Below are positions 49,313 through 62,100 of a stretch of 64,000 nt of DNA, one piece after another. Numbering within the stretch: the stretch's first letter is position 1; each line of letters opens with the position of its first letter. The DNA comes from Azolla caroliniana. Its lineage: Eukaryota; Plantae; Polypodiophyta. A program made the position numbers and the translations under genes. The notes under the pieces were generated by a model. The model had not been told where the DNA came from and made no database searches. It saw only the letters and a program-made list of their open reading frames with translations. The stretch lies in NCBI GenBank assembly GCA_043228905.1, contig JBHGNT010000016.1:2480001-2544000 (forward strand), written 5' to 3'.

Positions 49313-52300
49313 TCATTCCCCGCCCGTCGGTTCTTCCTCAGTTTCGGATCGTTCGTCGTCGCGGTCCAGGCCAACCGGATCCGGCTCGTCGTCGTGACGC
49401 TTCTTGAACGCTTTGATCCGCTTCCCTGCTACTAGTATCGCCATTCTCATACCGTCGAGTTCCGCCAGATGGTACGTCCCATTGTCGTTGGCGCTTTGTA
49501 CCACGTAAGGCCCGAACCACCTTCTTGCGAACTTCCGTGTCGCTCGGTGCTGGTTGTCAAGGCTGCTGTCGTAGACTAGCACCCAGTCGCCTTCCTCGAT
49601 CTTCTTCGGTCGGAGCCGGTGCGTTCGGTCGAACCGGGCTTTGTTCCTCATCCTTGCTTCCCGAAGCTTTTCCGCAGCCTGCTCCACGTCCTCCGGTCTT
49701 CGCTCGAGTTGTCGTATACGCGCCGCCAACAGTTCCTCCTGGCTCATCTCGTCTCTCCAGTCCACGGTTGCCCACGAGGAGATCGTACGTTCCATCGGCA
49801 TGACCGGCTTCTGCCCAAACATGAGTTCTGTCGGCATGAATCCGGTTACCGAACTGTGCGTAGTTCGGTCCGCCCACAACGCGTAAGGCAGCAGTCGCGG
49901 CCAGTTCCCGACTTGACCTCCGCATGCCCGAACTAACGCCTTGACGATCGGTCCGTGTCCGCACTCCACCTTCCCATTCACCTCCGGATTATACACAGTG
50001 GTAAGCGAGAGCTTGACTCCTAGCCGGTCGAACAGCTCCTCGGCCTCTTCGGCGTCCAACTCCCCGCGATCAGCCACGATCTTCCCGACGCACCCGTACC
50101 GGCATATCACGTCCTCAATCAGGAATCGACATACGGCTGAGGTCGTTTTGTTCTGAAGGGCCCGGCCTTCTACCTGGTTCGTCAGATCTTCCCGAGCCAG
50201 GACCAGATACCGCATCTGTCCTACTCCCATCGGCATCGTCACCAGGTCTACCATCCATTTGAAGTGGATGGTCGGAGGGTACGTAGGGTACGTAGGGTGA
50301 AGCTCGTCCTGATGTCGGACTACGGAGTGCATCTAACAGCTCTCGCAAGTCATCACGAACCGATGCACATCCCGGTACAGTCCCAGCCACCAGTACTTCC
50401 CCTTTATCTTCTCGAACGTGGCTCACGTTCCACGGTGTCCAGCCCAAGGGCTGTCGTGGTAGGCCGTCAGCAGCTCCTCATGTTCTTCCTTCATCGCCAC
50501 CACCCGGAGCGGGACACCGTTCCTCTTCTTCGGGTGCTTCCATAAGTATCCGTCCCGGAGAAAGAATCGGTAAGCTTTCTTCCGGATCCGGTTGGCCTCG
50601 TCCTTCGTCCATGACGCATCCGGCGTCATTGTCCTCAAAAATCCCCCGATCTGGAGCCACTCGCCATCGTACCTGTTCTCGTCGAAGTCGTTAAGTGCCG
50701 GAGTGCTCGTCCCATCGGTTGTTACGTACGCCGCCTCGAAGAAGTCCACGCCGACTTCTTCGTCCTCTGAAACCATGCCGCCCTCGTCATCAAACCTTGC
50801 CCTCGAAAGCATGTCGGCCATGGCGTTGTCCTTTCCGGAAATGTGTCGTATTTCCGGGTCCAGGGACTTGATGTACGCTATCCACCGGAGCATCGCCAGG
50901 TCCGGTGTCGCGCATCCGGAAACCATGCCGAGAATCGGCAGGCAATCCGTCTCGCTAACCACTTCTGTCCCGATCAAGTAGTCTTTGTCGGCTTTTACTG
51001 CCAAAACGATACCCCAGAGTTTGCGTTTAACCTGGGCGTACCCTCGCTGTCGTTCACTGAGAACCTTCGCGCCGAATCGGATCGGGAACCGAATGTCGTT
51101 CTTGTCCTCTTGGTTGACGACCCATCCGATCCCGGTCGGACTCGTATCCACTGTTATGTATACCGGGGTACCCTTCCCGTAGACAGCCTTCCGGAGCGCC
51201 GGTGCTGCCGCAAGAGCTTCTTTCAGCTTCCGGACCGACTCCGTGTGCTCGTCTCGCCGCTCGAATTTTCGCCCTTTCTTCAGCAACCCGTATAGCGGCT
51301 CCGCAACGTGGGCGTAATGCGGGATCCATATGTGGTAGAACGCGCATGCCCCCAGGAACCTCCGAACTTCCGTAACCGAGCTACAATCGGTCTTCATCGC
51401 GGAGATGGCTTCTACCTTTGCCGGAGACGGCTTCCGGCCATAAGGTCCACATAGGTGTCCGACCACCAGGATTTCCGATTGCCCGAAGGCCGATTTCTCC
51501 CTGGAGAAGGTGAGCCTCGCATCCTCTAGCCTTTGTAGCACCTTCTCGCAGTCGTCGATGTGTGTCGCCATGAATCGCCGGCATCCGTCCAGCCCGACTG
51601 TCTCGTCCTTCTCCTCCACCGGGCACCCCTTGATCGGGATGTCGTCTAGAAACGGCATGGTGATGTCCGGGATGCAATCCCTCAGTACCTTGTTCATTGC
51701 ATTCACCATGTGGGCTACCGAGTTGGTCCCTCCTTGTGGCAGGGTACACATTCGCACTAGGCCGAGGGGGGTTCGCATCGTCGTAATGTCTCTGCTCTCC
51801 ACGGCTAGCTGGAACTGGTCGTACCCCGAGTACAGATCACCGACCGAGTAAATCGACCTTCCGGCGAAGGCCTCTGCGAACTCGTCTATGGTCGGTCTGA
51901 TTCCTGCGTTCCGAATGGTCACTCTGTTGACCGGTTGCAGGTCCTGAATGAAGCGCAATGTTCCGTTTTTCTTTGGTACGATAAACCATCGGTTCGAGTA
52001 TGGGGCACTCGACGGTTCGAGAATGCCCATATCGACTTTTTGCCTCAATAGCTCCATCAACTTTGGGATGTGGGCTCTCGGTACTGGAATCGGCTTGAGA
52101 TTCCACGGCACATGTGGTACCGTGAATATCACCATCGTCTCCACAATCGTCGGGTCTACGCACCCGATCTCTTCCGGCGAAAACGCGAAGGCTTTCCCGT
52201 GCCTTCCGAGCATTCTCCGAAACCGGTCTTCCTCCGCCGGCAGTAGGAACCCGCCCCCACCGATCTTGAGCTCTCGGAGCGTCCCGTCGGTGAAGGTGTG

Positions 52301-52819
52301 TCCTATGCAGGCCGGATCTCGTAAACTGGGGTCCCACGCAACCCCTCTGATTCGGGACTCACTGCCCTCCGGTAAGGGTGCCGCGACGGGCCTTACCTTC
52401 CGGTCCATAGTCTTGTACTTCGTGCTAACTCGGCCCGCCCGATCCGACCCGAGCCCCCGACTGAAGTTCGCGATGACTTTGTACATCTCTTCGGAACATA
52501 CTGGTATCGTCCGGTCTTCATTAAGGTCTTCTCCGGCTACCTCCCCCAGCATTCCCAAGGTGTCGTCGAAGGAGACCGCCTCCACGGCTCCGCTGATTTC
52601 CTCGTCCGGGCCGAGAACTCCGCACGCTCGAAGTCGCACTTCCGCCCTTGTCTTTTCTCGGTCGACGATGCCGACTATCATACACCCTCTATTGTTGGAG
52701 AAGCAGAATTTCCTACTTATCGTACAGGGTTCCTTTGGTTTCGGTTCTATCGTACAGTCATGGGGTCTTTCCCGAGTGTCCGGGCTGTCTCGGCCCCACG
52801 CCTTGGCAGCCCTCTCTAA
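49313..52819 (-). pseudogene. Gypsy pol (RT, RNase H, integrase) with two nonsense mutations
   Basis: RT: LRFIQDLQPVN, GDLYSGYDQ, LPQG, PFLDDIPIKG; RNase H: VDTSPTGIG, ETDC, NAMADMLSR; integrase: YHDSPWAGHRG..TCESC, VDLVTMP, VADRGE, WFGPYVV. Stops at ~50423 and ~50333 are in one frame. Confidence 0.9.
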
Positions 52820-52825
52820 AAATCC
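52772..52825 (-). promoter_or_regulatory. Putative -1 programmed ribosomal frameshift signal (slippery heptamer plus pseudoknot)
   Basis: G GAT TTT (52825-52819) then TAG; the -1 frame is open into pol; stem GGGCTG/CAGCCC starts 6 nt downstream, with second stem CCGAG/CTCGG. Confidence 0.7.
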
Positions 52826-54775
52826 TCCCGGTTCTCGCCACCGAGGGATTCGCGGTTTCTCTCGTGGTTCGGCCGCACCGTCAGAAATTGAACCGAATGG
52901 CGCCCGTCCTGGCTTTTGACCCTCGCGTAGGCCGAACCGTTGTCCAGCACCTTGGTCTCCATTCGCTCCGCCGTGATGTATGGTTCCCCTAATATGACCG
53001 GGTGCGAGGACGTCTCCTGTACGAAGAAGTGCCGGTCAATCTCGACGTCGCCGATCTTGACTCGCACGTTCGGGCAGGCCCCGTGCAGTTCCTCGGTGGC
53101 GCGCGTCGCCGCCCGTATCTTCCACCTGTGCTTGGTGTTGATCGGCCACTTTCCCTTCTTATAGAAGTCCATGGACATCAAGTTTATTTCCGAACCGTGG
53201 TCCACCAATGCCACCACCGGTTCCGGAACATCTCCGATCTTTACCAGGGTCTCTGTGGTCGCTCGGCCCAGTGCGGCCTTGAATAGTGGCTCTCCGCCCA
53301 CTCATCTTTCAGCGCCATGTCGTCGATGTGCGTCGTCCGCACCTCCACCGGTCTTTCCGGTTCCGTCTCCGTCGACAGCCTCTTTCGTTTCACCAGGTCC
53401 ACAATGGAGTCGTGGAACTCCTTCTTTGCGATCCCTAGCACCTCTCGCAATGACAGCTCCACTTTGCTGTCGAGGATCCGTTCTTCTAGGACCTTTCGTA
53501 GGTCCGTAGTCCTTTCTATTTCTGTCCCCAGTTGGTATCCGCCCTTCCTGGGGTTATCTTGCGTGCCGGACCCACCGGCATCGTTCCGTCGTTGCCCGAA
53601 TCGGGTCTCGTACCGTTGTGAGGGCCCGGCTGCTCCGGCTTTCCCCACTCGTTTGTCTTCTACCAGAGCCTCGTAGTTCCGGCAGGCGGCTTCTATGAAG
53701 CCCGTCTTCTCCTCGACCGAATCGCTCCACCCGGTTATTTCTCGAACCCGTCTCTCAGCGCGGTCCGTTTCATCTTTCCTTAGCCGTGCGCCGGCAAGAC
53801 CTTCCAGCATTGCCGACCAGAATCCGTCTTTGCCCTCTGTTCCGGCCTCGCTGCCCCCGACCCGAATTCCGGCCGACGCCGAGTAGTGGATGGCCTCTAC
53901 GTGTCGGGCCGCTGCCTCTTCCATCAGTCTCTTCATACCTCCTCGCCCGTCGTTTCGGTTCAGGGCCCTCCTGGTGTCTCCGGCGTGCACCCGGCCTTCC
54001 CACAGGTACACCACCCGGTTCCTCAACGCCTCTGCGAAATCGCCGCAGTCCTTCCGAATGTGGCCGACCTCGTCGCACCACATGCACCTGTTCCCCGCTG
54101 CCGGTCGTCGGTCACGAGCCGGTTCGCCGCCTTCCCTTCGAGTCTGGGCGATCTGGAGATCCTTTATCGCCCGCGTCAACTCCTCCAGCGCTGCTCCTCC
54201 GGACGAGCCATTGACCATGCCGGTCGAAGCCGGACCGGTTTCGAGCCATTCCCGGGTTTCTTCCCTTCGCACTTGCGGTGCCGGTTCAAGCCTCCTTGCT
54301 GTGACAGAGCCCGCACCGGCTGCCCCGTTGTCAGCCCATTCTCGCCGTTTGTCGAAACAGCCACAAACTCTCTTAACCGCAGCCCAGTCGGTTGTCAGCC
54401 CGTCTTCGGTTTCCAGCAAGGAGCCAACTTGATCCCGGTCCCGCTCGTCCACCGACTTGACGAACAGTAGGACCCGACTCGTATCCAGAACGGTTCGGTC
54501 AAGCGCCGAAAGGCGCGCAAAGTGTTCTTCGAACTCCCGGAGGAGTGCCGACGCGTTTCTTCCCTTGCCGGGGGACTCCACCTATTCCATGAAGTCTCGT
54601 TTCGAAAGCTGGAGCGCGTCGTCTAGCCCGTATTTTTCTAGGAGTCGGCCTTCGAACTCCTCCTAGGTACGGCTCTCCGCCCGCACCTCGAGCGCCTCCG
54701 CATGGATGCTCGGCATCGCTACTCGAGGAAACCCGGCGAGACGCCTCTCTTTCGGAATGTCCCGCATCAGCATTT
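52816..54775 (-). pseudogene. Gypsy gag-protease, 5'-deleted, with one stop and one frameshift
   Basis: Zinc knuckle CMWCDEVGHIRKDC; aspartic protease VALVDHGSEINLMS..VILGEPY; TAG at ~54663; frame change near 53265 (HW/RATTET). Confidence 0.85.
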
Positions 54776-55109
54776 CTGCCGGAAGCACTCGGGCATTCCT
54801 CAGAGCAGCGCGAGCCTCCCGAAACCTGCACAGAAGGAAGCTATGGAGTTTGCGAACCAGAGAGAGAGAGAGAAGCCTTCGCACGCAAACCGATAGCACT
54901 TCGTCCTCGACTCTCCGCGATCCCCCCCCCCCCCCGCCCCCCCCCTTCTCGTCTCCCTCCTTTTTATAGGCAAGGAAGGAGTCGTTTCCCCTTTACTTCC
55001 TACCCACTAAATCTACCTGCCTAGGATCTTCTATGGACAACATTCGAGAAGAGCCGGTTCCTACGCTCCTGTGCACCGATTCTGCTTGTGGACGGTTTTC
55101 TTCTTGACA
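54776..55109 (-). repeat. Gypsy 5' LTR, inner part deleted
   Basis: Matches 48919-49239 only and is joined directly to gag codons AEMLMRD. Confidence 0.85.
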
Positions 55110-55200
55110 ACGTCAAGTGGGCTTTAAGAAACGGTGGCAAGGGCTTCACTTTTTTGTTTTTATTTTTCAGAAAAAAACTCCTTCCATTAGTTATAAAATT
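55110..55200 (+). mobile_element. 3' continuation of the LINE interrupted at 48608
   Basis: Removing the gypsy and one TSD restores DDLQGSVDALRQRQVGFKKRWQG, similar to the C-termini of the other two LINEs (DSIQGDSKEAERARSKFLLKW; DGLKGNSDGVERQRLAFIQQW). Confidence 0.75.
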
Positions 55201-56392
55201 TTACATATGAGATTAATATATACAAATCCCTGTAGGGACACGATAGGTCCATCTTATGTGGATGCCCACCGACTCAATAAAGGGGTAGGTCGACCATTGT
55301 TGGATGAAGGCTAGTCGTTGTCTTTCAACTCCATCGGAGTTGCCCTTGAGGCCATCATATTGGCTTTTTAGAGTGGCTACAACTTCACTCCATATCTCTT
55401 GCATTAACACTGTTGGCTACGTGGTTTTGTTCAAGAAGACCCGTCTACACCGTTGTTTCCATAGAGTCCAAAGAGTTATTGGGCTGACCAATTCCAACAC
55501 ACCTTGAGATTTGGCATTGATAGGAGTTGAGTGGATATTGTCAATGGTGGAGAAAAAAACCTCTTGTGCTTTTATCACCAAAGCCATCCCCTCCTGATGC
55601 TTGTATTTATCAATTGGGGCCTGCCATGATAGCCAACATATATTTCCCCACATGATTAAGCCTTGCACCTGAGATAATTGCAATAAGCGGCCAACCCCTT
55701 GCCATATTCGATGGGCCTCTGGGCAGTCCCACAAAGCGTGTCAAATTGATTCTATTGCATTTGGGCACACTAAACAATTAGGAGAGCTAAGGTTCCCACG
55801 CTGCCATGCACCAACCGGTAGTGACCTATGTATTAATAACCATTGGAAAGTGGTGATTCGTCGTGTGTGTTGTTGTTTCCAGATTTTTTTCCAAAACTTG
55901 GTGATAATTGTGTGAGGAACATGATATGTGTGCCAGACCTTTGCAGCAGCCGACTCTCGGGTGGTTTGAGTAGCTAGAATATGGTGACCCAATCTAGTTG
56001 TGAATTGAAATAAAGGGATGTGTTTGCTTCCTTGCCCTACGTAAGGATCATGCCATGTCCATTGCAAAGGGTCCCAACTAATCTTACGTAACCATGTGTT
56101 TTCGTGAGTACATATGTGCCAATTTCGTTGTACTTTGATAGGATCAGGATCTACAATCCATTTATGCCCAGCATACGCTAGTACTCGAATTGCCTTATTC
56201 TGTGTTGGTGTCTCATTGTCTTGCAATTCAAATCTTGTGATCCTGTCTGGTGTTTCCCTACCTCTTGGGATCAAAGAACCCTCCTCCTCATAGCGTATCC
56301 ATTTCTCTATTGTCATCCTTTGATTAGCAGCTTCCCTAATAAGTAAAGCATTGATGATTTTAGAGGCTTCACTTATTTTCAGATACAACTTG
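55200..56392 (-). mobile_element. 5'-truncated L1-type LINE 3' fragment (zf-RVT region)
   Basis: FWKKIWKQQ..FQWLLIHRSLPVG..CLVCPNAIESI*HALWDC, TLWTLWKQRCRRVF. Confidence 0.85.
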
Positions 56393-56563
56393 TGGTATGA
56401 GGTGGAATTATGTCGTACCTTCTTTTTTATTGCATAGCTTGTAGTTTGTGGCCCACTTGTTTATTATATGATATCATATGTTTGATCAGATGTTGGTATT
56501 AGCCTTTGTATTACAATAGAGGTGAGATGAAATGTCTCCTTCTATTTTCTATACGTACATTTC
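56393..56563. repeat. Dispersed repeat, inverted copy of 2240-2414
   Basis: TGGTATGAGGTGGAATTATG...GAGGTGAGATGAAATGTCTCCTTC. Confidence 0.8.
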
Positions 56564-59118
56564 TCAAGTAATATTTAAGGTGTATCTTTCTTCTTCTTTT
56601 TAAAACAATTTGTACAAATCATCAATAAATCAAACAATTAACTTGTTTATCGCCTTCAATGCACTCCTTTTTGTTTTTTTCACAATGCTAGAGGTTGATT
56701 GTACATGTTTGATCACATTTAACAATAAATAAAACCTTGTTTGGATCGTTCAAAGAAATAAAGCAATAGGATCCACAATAACAAATCAAACCTCCAATGG
56801 GTGACCAGGTTCTAGTGGAAGGAAGGTTGGTGAAGATTCATATATATAGGATGACAAACCCTAAATTTTATCTTTTGAAGAACTAAGGAGAATTAATTCT
56901 ATGTTCCTGCCCACAAGACACTCGTCTAGATTATGTTATCTTACACAAAATCCCATTATAAGAAACTAAACATCCAATTTGTGGCCACACTTTTGTTGGA
57001 GAGATATTAATTGGGACTCTTTGTAATAAGGTAAAAAATCCCTTCCTTACACCAATTGAATGACCATGGCACAATGATATCACACGAGTCATGTAAATCT
57101 TCTTGAAAACAATGTTATGATATAAGGTAACCTCTAGGGAAATTAACTTGTTGTTTATTTACATAATGTACAAATAGAAAAAGCTGGTAATTAATAGGTT
57201 TTGGGCTTTCTTGATTTTTTAAGAGGTTGATTAGTTTTTGCTTTAAGCAAACAGTGCACCGCATTAAAGAGGAAGTTGTTATTTTGGAGCTTGAATCTCA
57301 TTGGAAAAAAGAGAATGGGAGGTTAGAACTAGAAGAAAGAATTGATCAACTAGCATTTAATTTTGGGGACACAATCTTCCCACAAGGTCATTCATCCTAG
57401 TAGTACAAGTGCCCCTATTCTTGCAACAGTGACAACTCCCAAATCCGTCTAGCAATCAATCCCTTGAACCCTTGAGGTCTTAGGGGGCTCGTAGCTTACC
57501 AACTTGGCAAAGCCCAACCCATACTTCCCATGGTACCAATTCCATCCTACAAGGATTGTGATTGTGAGCAAGTTTCGCATTGAGAGACAAATTGAGATAA
57601 GCTTGAGGTGGTCCAACGTGTGAGTATATATATTTTCAAGGTAATTCTCTATTAATTTCTTTCAATATCGAGTTCCTCGACCTTGTTATTTTCTACCATT
57701 TTTTTATGTTTTTAGTAACTCTCTCTCGCTGAATCTATGAGACAATGATATCACTATGCTAATGATTATTTTAGTTAAAATTTAGATGCAGTAATGATGT
57801 TGGTGGTGACCATGAGGTAAAGTTTGAAATTTCATTAATGATGTCAAAGATGTTGACAACTTCAATAGTCACCATGTCCAATATGTAGGTAATGTTCATG
57901 TTATAGTGAACAAGACAAGGATTTCAAGAGAATGTGCGGTTCTAATAGATCATGATGCTATAGAATGATGCCATTGAGTCCTGCTTAGTAGTGCATGCAA
58001 TTAAGTACATGTCCAATATTGGGCTCAAAGACCATTATACAATAATGATAACCACGCCTCCTTTCTTGGAGGCATGGTTGATGGGATTTAGTAGTTGTGA
58101 AATCAAACATCTCATATTCAAAAACCTTAAATTTTCACATTAAGGATATAGCCTATGAGGGACAATATAACCCCAACCATTTTTGTGCAAATAGGATTCG
58201 CTTATAATAGTATGACTACAAATTTCTACAATAATGTTCTTCTTACTCTGTTCTTGTGGGTTACCCCGATTAAGAAACTCATAGGAAGTTGTTTGTACTT
58301 ATTGTGCATAATGTTAATATGTGTGTCTAATTTATAGAACAATGTGATGTACATTTAAGATCACATTTAGCATCAACTTGATTGGAAGACATTATCTTAT
58401 ATTAGGGTGAAGGGAGAGAATTGGAATGCTAATTGTTATCAGTAAAGGTATGTTAAGTCTTCGCAAAAGAAGACTTACACAAGATGGGTTCAATCAACTA
58501 TTGAGGAAGTGTTCAATCAATTCTATCAAAAGAAGGATTCATGGCTAGCAATTGTCTTACATGAGATGGGTTGGGAAGGATAATCATTGCCTTTCCATAA
58601 TTTTGTATTTTGTAGTTGATATGGGCTTTTAAACTAATGGAAGGATATGTTTTCTAAATAAATAAAAAAGACTACAAGTGTTAATTTGTCGTTTCTTCAA
58701 TTGCAATAAGTTACCATTTTTATTTTAGACAACACAATTCTTGAAAAGAGTATATAAATAATACAACTAGTCATACATACTGTTTTGATCATTTCTATAA
58801 CACATCAAGATTCAAGGGTGCCATTATTTTGATAAATTCTACAACACATCACGATATGGATTCTGGAACACTCATTTTGTTCTCATAAAGTGGAAGGACA
58901 TAGAACATTACAATAAAGGTTTTCAAGAGCTCATTACTATTTATAACTGACAAATGTGTAGTTTGAAAAGGTGGTAAAGAGGAACAATCTTACATCATTT
59001 GGCATAGTGAGCACATGATCAATGATGACAGGTTACATGATGTCATCCAATCCATACATTGTGTTATCTATGCTTGGTTGTTAAATACATGTTCCTTTTG
59101 TGATTATTGCACCAACAA

Positions 59119-59119
59119 T

Positions 59120-59153
<34 letters not shown>

Positions 59154-59167
59154 AAGAGAGAGAGAGA
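59119..59167. repeat. Compound (TG)n(GA)n microsatellite
   Basis: Direct reading. Confidence 0.9.
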
Positions 59168-62100
59168 TTCATATGTATATACTATAGGCTTTACATATGT
59201 GCATCCTTCCAAACTAGCATTAATGATGCATGAAAGCTAAAAGCATATATCCAAAACCAAATTTTATTTTAAGGGGGAAAATAATTGTAGATTAGTGTTT
59301 CAATTCATAGATTATGGAGAAAGAGCCATTTGGGCAAACCCATGCATTGTTTTGTTATTTATGGGTGTTGATACAATCCATTGGGAGGACTACATTATCA
59401 TATTCCATTCAGTCAATATATATTTTATGTTAACATTAGGAGCATGTTGCCAATATGAAAGACGTATAATAGTCATGCACAAAAGATCATACAACCCATC
59501 AAACATGTTAATATATTGGCACACGATAGCTAAAGTATGTTTACTGTTAATGTCATATCTTGGAAATTGGAAACATGCTCCCTCCCCCAACTTCATGTGT
59601 TGTTTTCATATGTAAACGTAATGCCTATTCTTTCTCTCCATTCAAGGACATACATGCAAGCCCATAGTCTACATGGTTTAAATGCAATTTGTGTTGAGCA
59701 CTTGTTAGATGAATTGGTGTGAATAGTGAAGTAACATAAAGCATGTGAAGGCAAAATGAGGTAAATGTTGACAAACTCACACATGCGTACACTTTTTAAT
59801 AATGCACATGTCTTCGTATTACATGTGGGAAACCTCAAAGTGGGATAGAAACCCATCATCTAATGTGAGATACAAAGTGGATTTTTCATTGTAATGAAAG
59901 TTTGTCTTCGACACTAATTGTTTGAAGCCTCAATACTTGCAAGTGTGATCCTTTGAGGTGTTCCTTGCCTTTATTCTTCTCGGGAAGAGCGTCTTGATTT
60001 GCATAATTCTATCTAATTTCAAGTTTACGCAAGGTACAATACACTTGGTTACAACAAGTTTTCAAATGTTCTCATCCTATATTTCCAGAAAACAATAATG
60101 GTATTGAATACATTAAAAAACGTAGTTATATTATATAGGCATGATATGATGTTAGTATATCTACATGGGTACTCGAGACTTTAAAAAACACCATGAGTGT
60201 AACGTCCACACATTTTAGCAATGCATATGTACTTCATATTACATCTGATGAAAAAAAATCTCTGATATAATATGTATCGTTTGACGAGATTAAAAGCGAT
60301 GTAAAAGAGGGCATATCTTTGCTCTTTAGCGGAAGGGGAAATATTGTGAGAAATATAATGACTATAATCTCAATAGGCACGCGCACATTAAGAAAATTTA
60401 TTGGTCGATTACCTTTTTTGCATTCAAGTTACATGTCACATGTTATATTTATGTATCATAAAAAGAGGGAGAAAATTGAACGAAGTTCAAAATGTTCTTC
60501 CAAAGCTAGTCCATGGACCATCACTTTCTGTTCATAAGCGGAATATGCTAACATAAGGTCACCACTACATCCAATGAGTAACCTTAATTGGCAAGTTCAT
60601 CATATATGTACAATATCTTAGTATTTATGAGAACATTGGAACGCACCATGTATGCATACTATGAGAAGTTATTTATTGCCTCTTGTTTGCTATGTACACT
60701 AACTAGAAACTCTGTTGAACAAGATTACTTGTTCTCGAATATTTGTTTCTCTAAACAAACACCAGATGGCAAAATGTGACTTTTTATTGTCATAAATTGC
60801 AATACTTATTGTTGGGATAAATTTACTCGAACATTGTATTGATGTTATTTTATGCATAAGTGTTGTGCAAATTCAAGCAAGCACTCACTCAAATACACAT
60901 GCATTTTCTTTTCAAAAACACCTTCTTGGCACTTGCACTGTCTCAAAGTTTGTTAAATCTAGAAAAACTTGTACATCAATCCTTAATTAAATATTATTGT
61001 GAAGGAAGTACTGAATATAAACATTGACATCAATGTGGCTAATTTAGTTTGGATTGATAGCATAATTAATTTTCTTATGAGTTTTTCAAAATAGCAATGT
61101 AGAGGGGTAAAAAAGGCACAACAATGATTTGATAGGGTTCAACTACTTTAATGGTGTTTCATTCTTGTAGAATTGAAGTTTATTCAACATGTACATCCAA
61201 CACAACTATAACTCGTTTAGCTTTCGCCCAACTTTTGCAAACTCAATTTGATCAAAGCCAGTTTAATACATCATTTACGCCGCACTCAATTTTTGTAGCC
61301 TTATTTCGGGCGTATTCTTCAATGATTTGAAACAATTAGTTTCGTAACAAGTTACTAACACTCATTTGTCCTTGGTAAGGTGTCACCGAATGTATCGAAA
61401 AGTGTGTGTTGTTGCCTTCACTTCGTGTTTTGCATCTAATACTATGTTATTCGTAATTTATTGATTTGTTAACATCTCCTCGTAAGGCTATAGTATTGTT
61501 TTAAATCCTTGGGTCATGGTAACGATTTGTAAATCTATGCTTGTAAAAGAAAATCATTTGTGTGCATTGTCTGAAACAAAACTTCCAATAATAAAAGTAG
61601 AATCAAACTTATTCTTCGAGGCCTGAATATTTGACTATAAGATCACAAAAGACAAGAATTATCACTACAACTTTGTGTTTTAGAAACGAAAACACATGAA
61701 CTTGTAGGCAATAGTTTGTTGGATGTGTTACCTTATTATGAGAAATTTTTAAGTCTCCATTGACAAACATAGACATGCTTTAATTTATTGTAACTTAAAG
61801 TACGTCAACTGGTCTTAAAGTAAAGATGTTTTGTTATAGCATTATCCTACCATGCATTGATCAGTTCTCTCTCTCTCTCTAAATTAGTGTACGTATTAAA
61901 ACAACACCACAATATGAAAAAACTTGTTATCTCTATAGCAAGAGTGAGTATCTTGTAGTAAAGTAGACCCTCTAATGTGTTATAAGACTACTTGACGTAA
62001 AGGCCACTCCTTCGAGGACAAGGTGGTTAGAGAGCTTGGTTTCCAATATTGCCTAATCAAATTTCCTTTTAATCTATGTACCTAATGGCACACTCTAAAG

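Larger units (their letters stand above)
48609..55109 (-). mobile_element. GC-rich Ty3/gypsy LTR retrotransposon, near full length, inactivated, no chromodomain seen
   Basis: Order gag-PR-RT-RH-IN; two LTRs; PPT GGTGGGGGCGGA next to the 3' LTR; 4-bp TSD ATGT (48605-48608) / ACGT (55110-55113). Confidence 0.95.

Noticed and set aside
53241-53301. Second programmed frameshift between gag and protease
   Set aside because: No slippery heptamer near the junction; a 1-nt loss in an ancestral HWARATTET reading explains it more simply. Sibling copies would confirm.
49123-54969. Many + strand and alternate-frame ORFs over the gypsy, including the 323-aa 51948-52919
   Set aside because: Antisense shadows of GC-rich gag/pol with no independent domain signatures.
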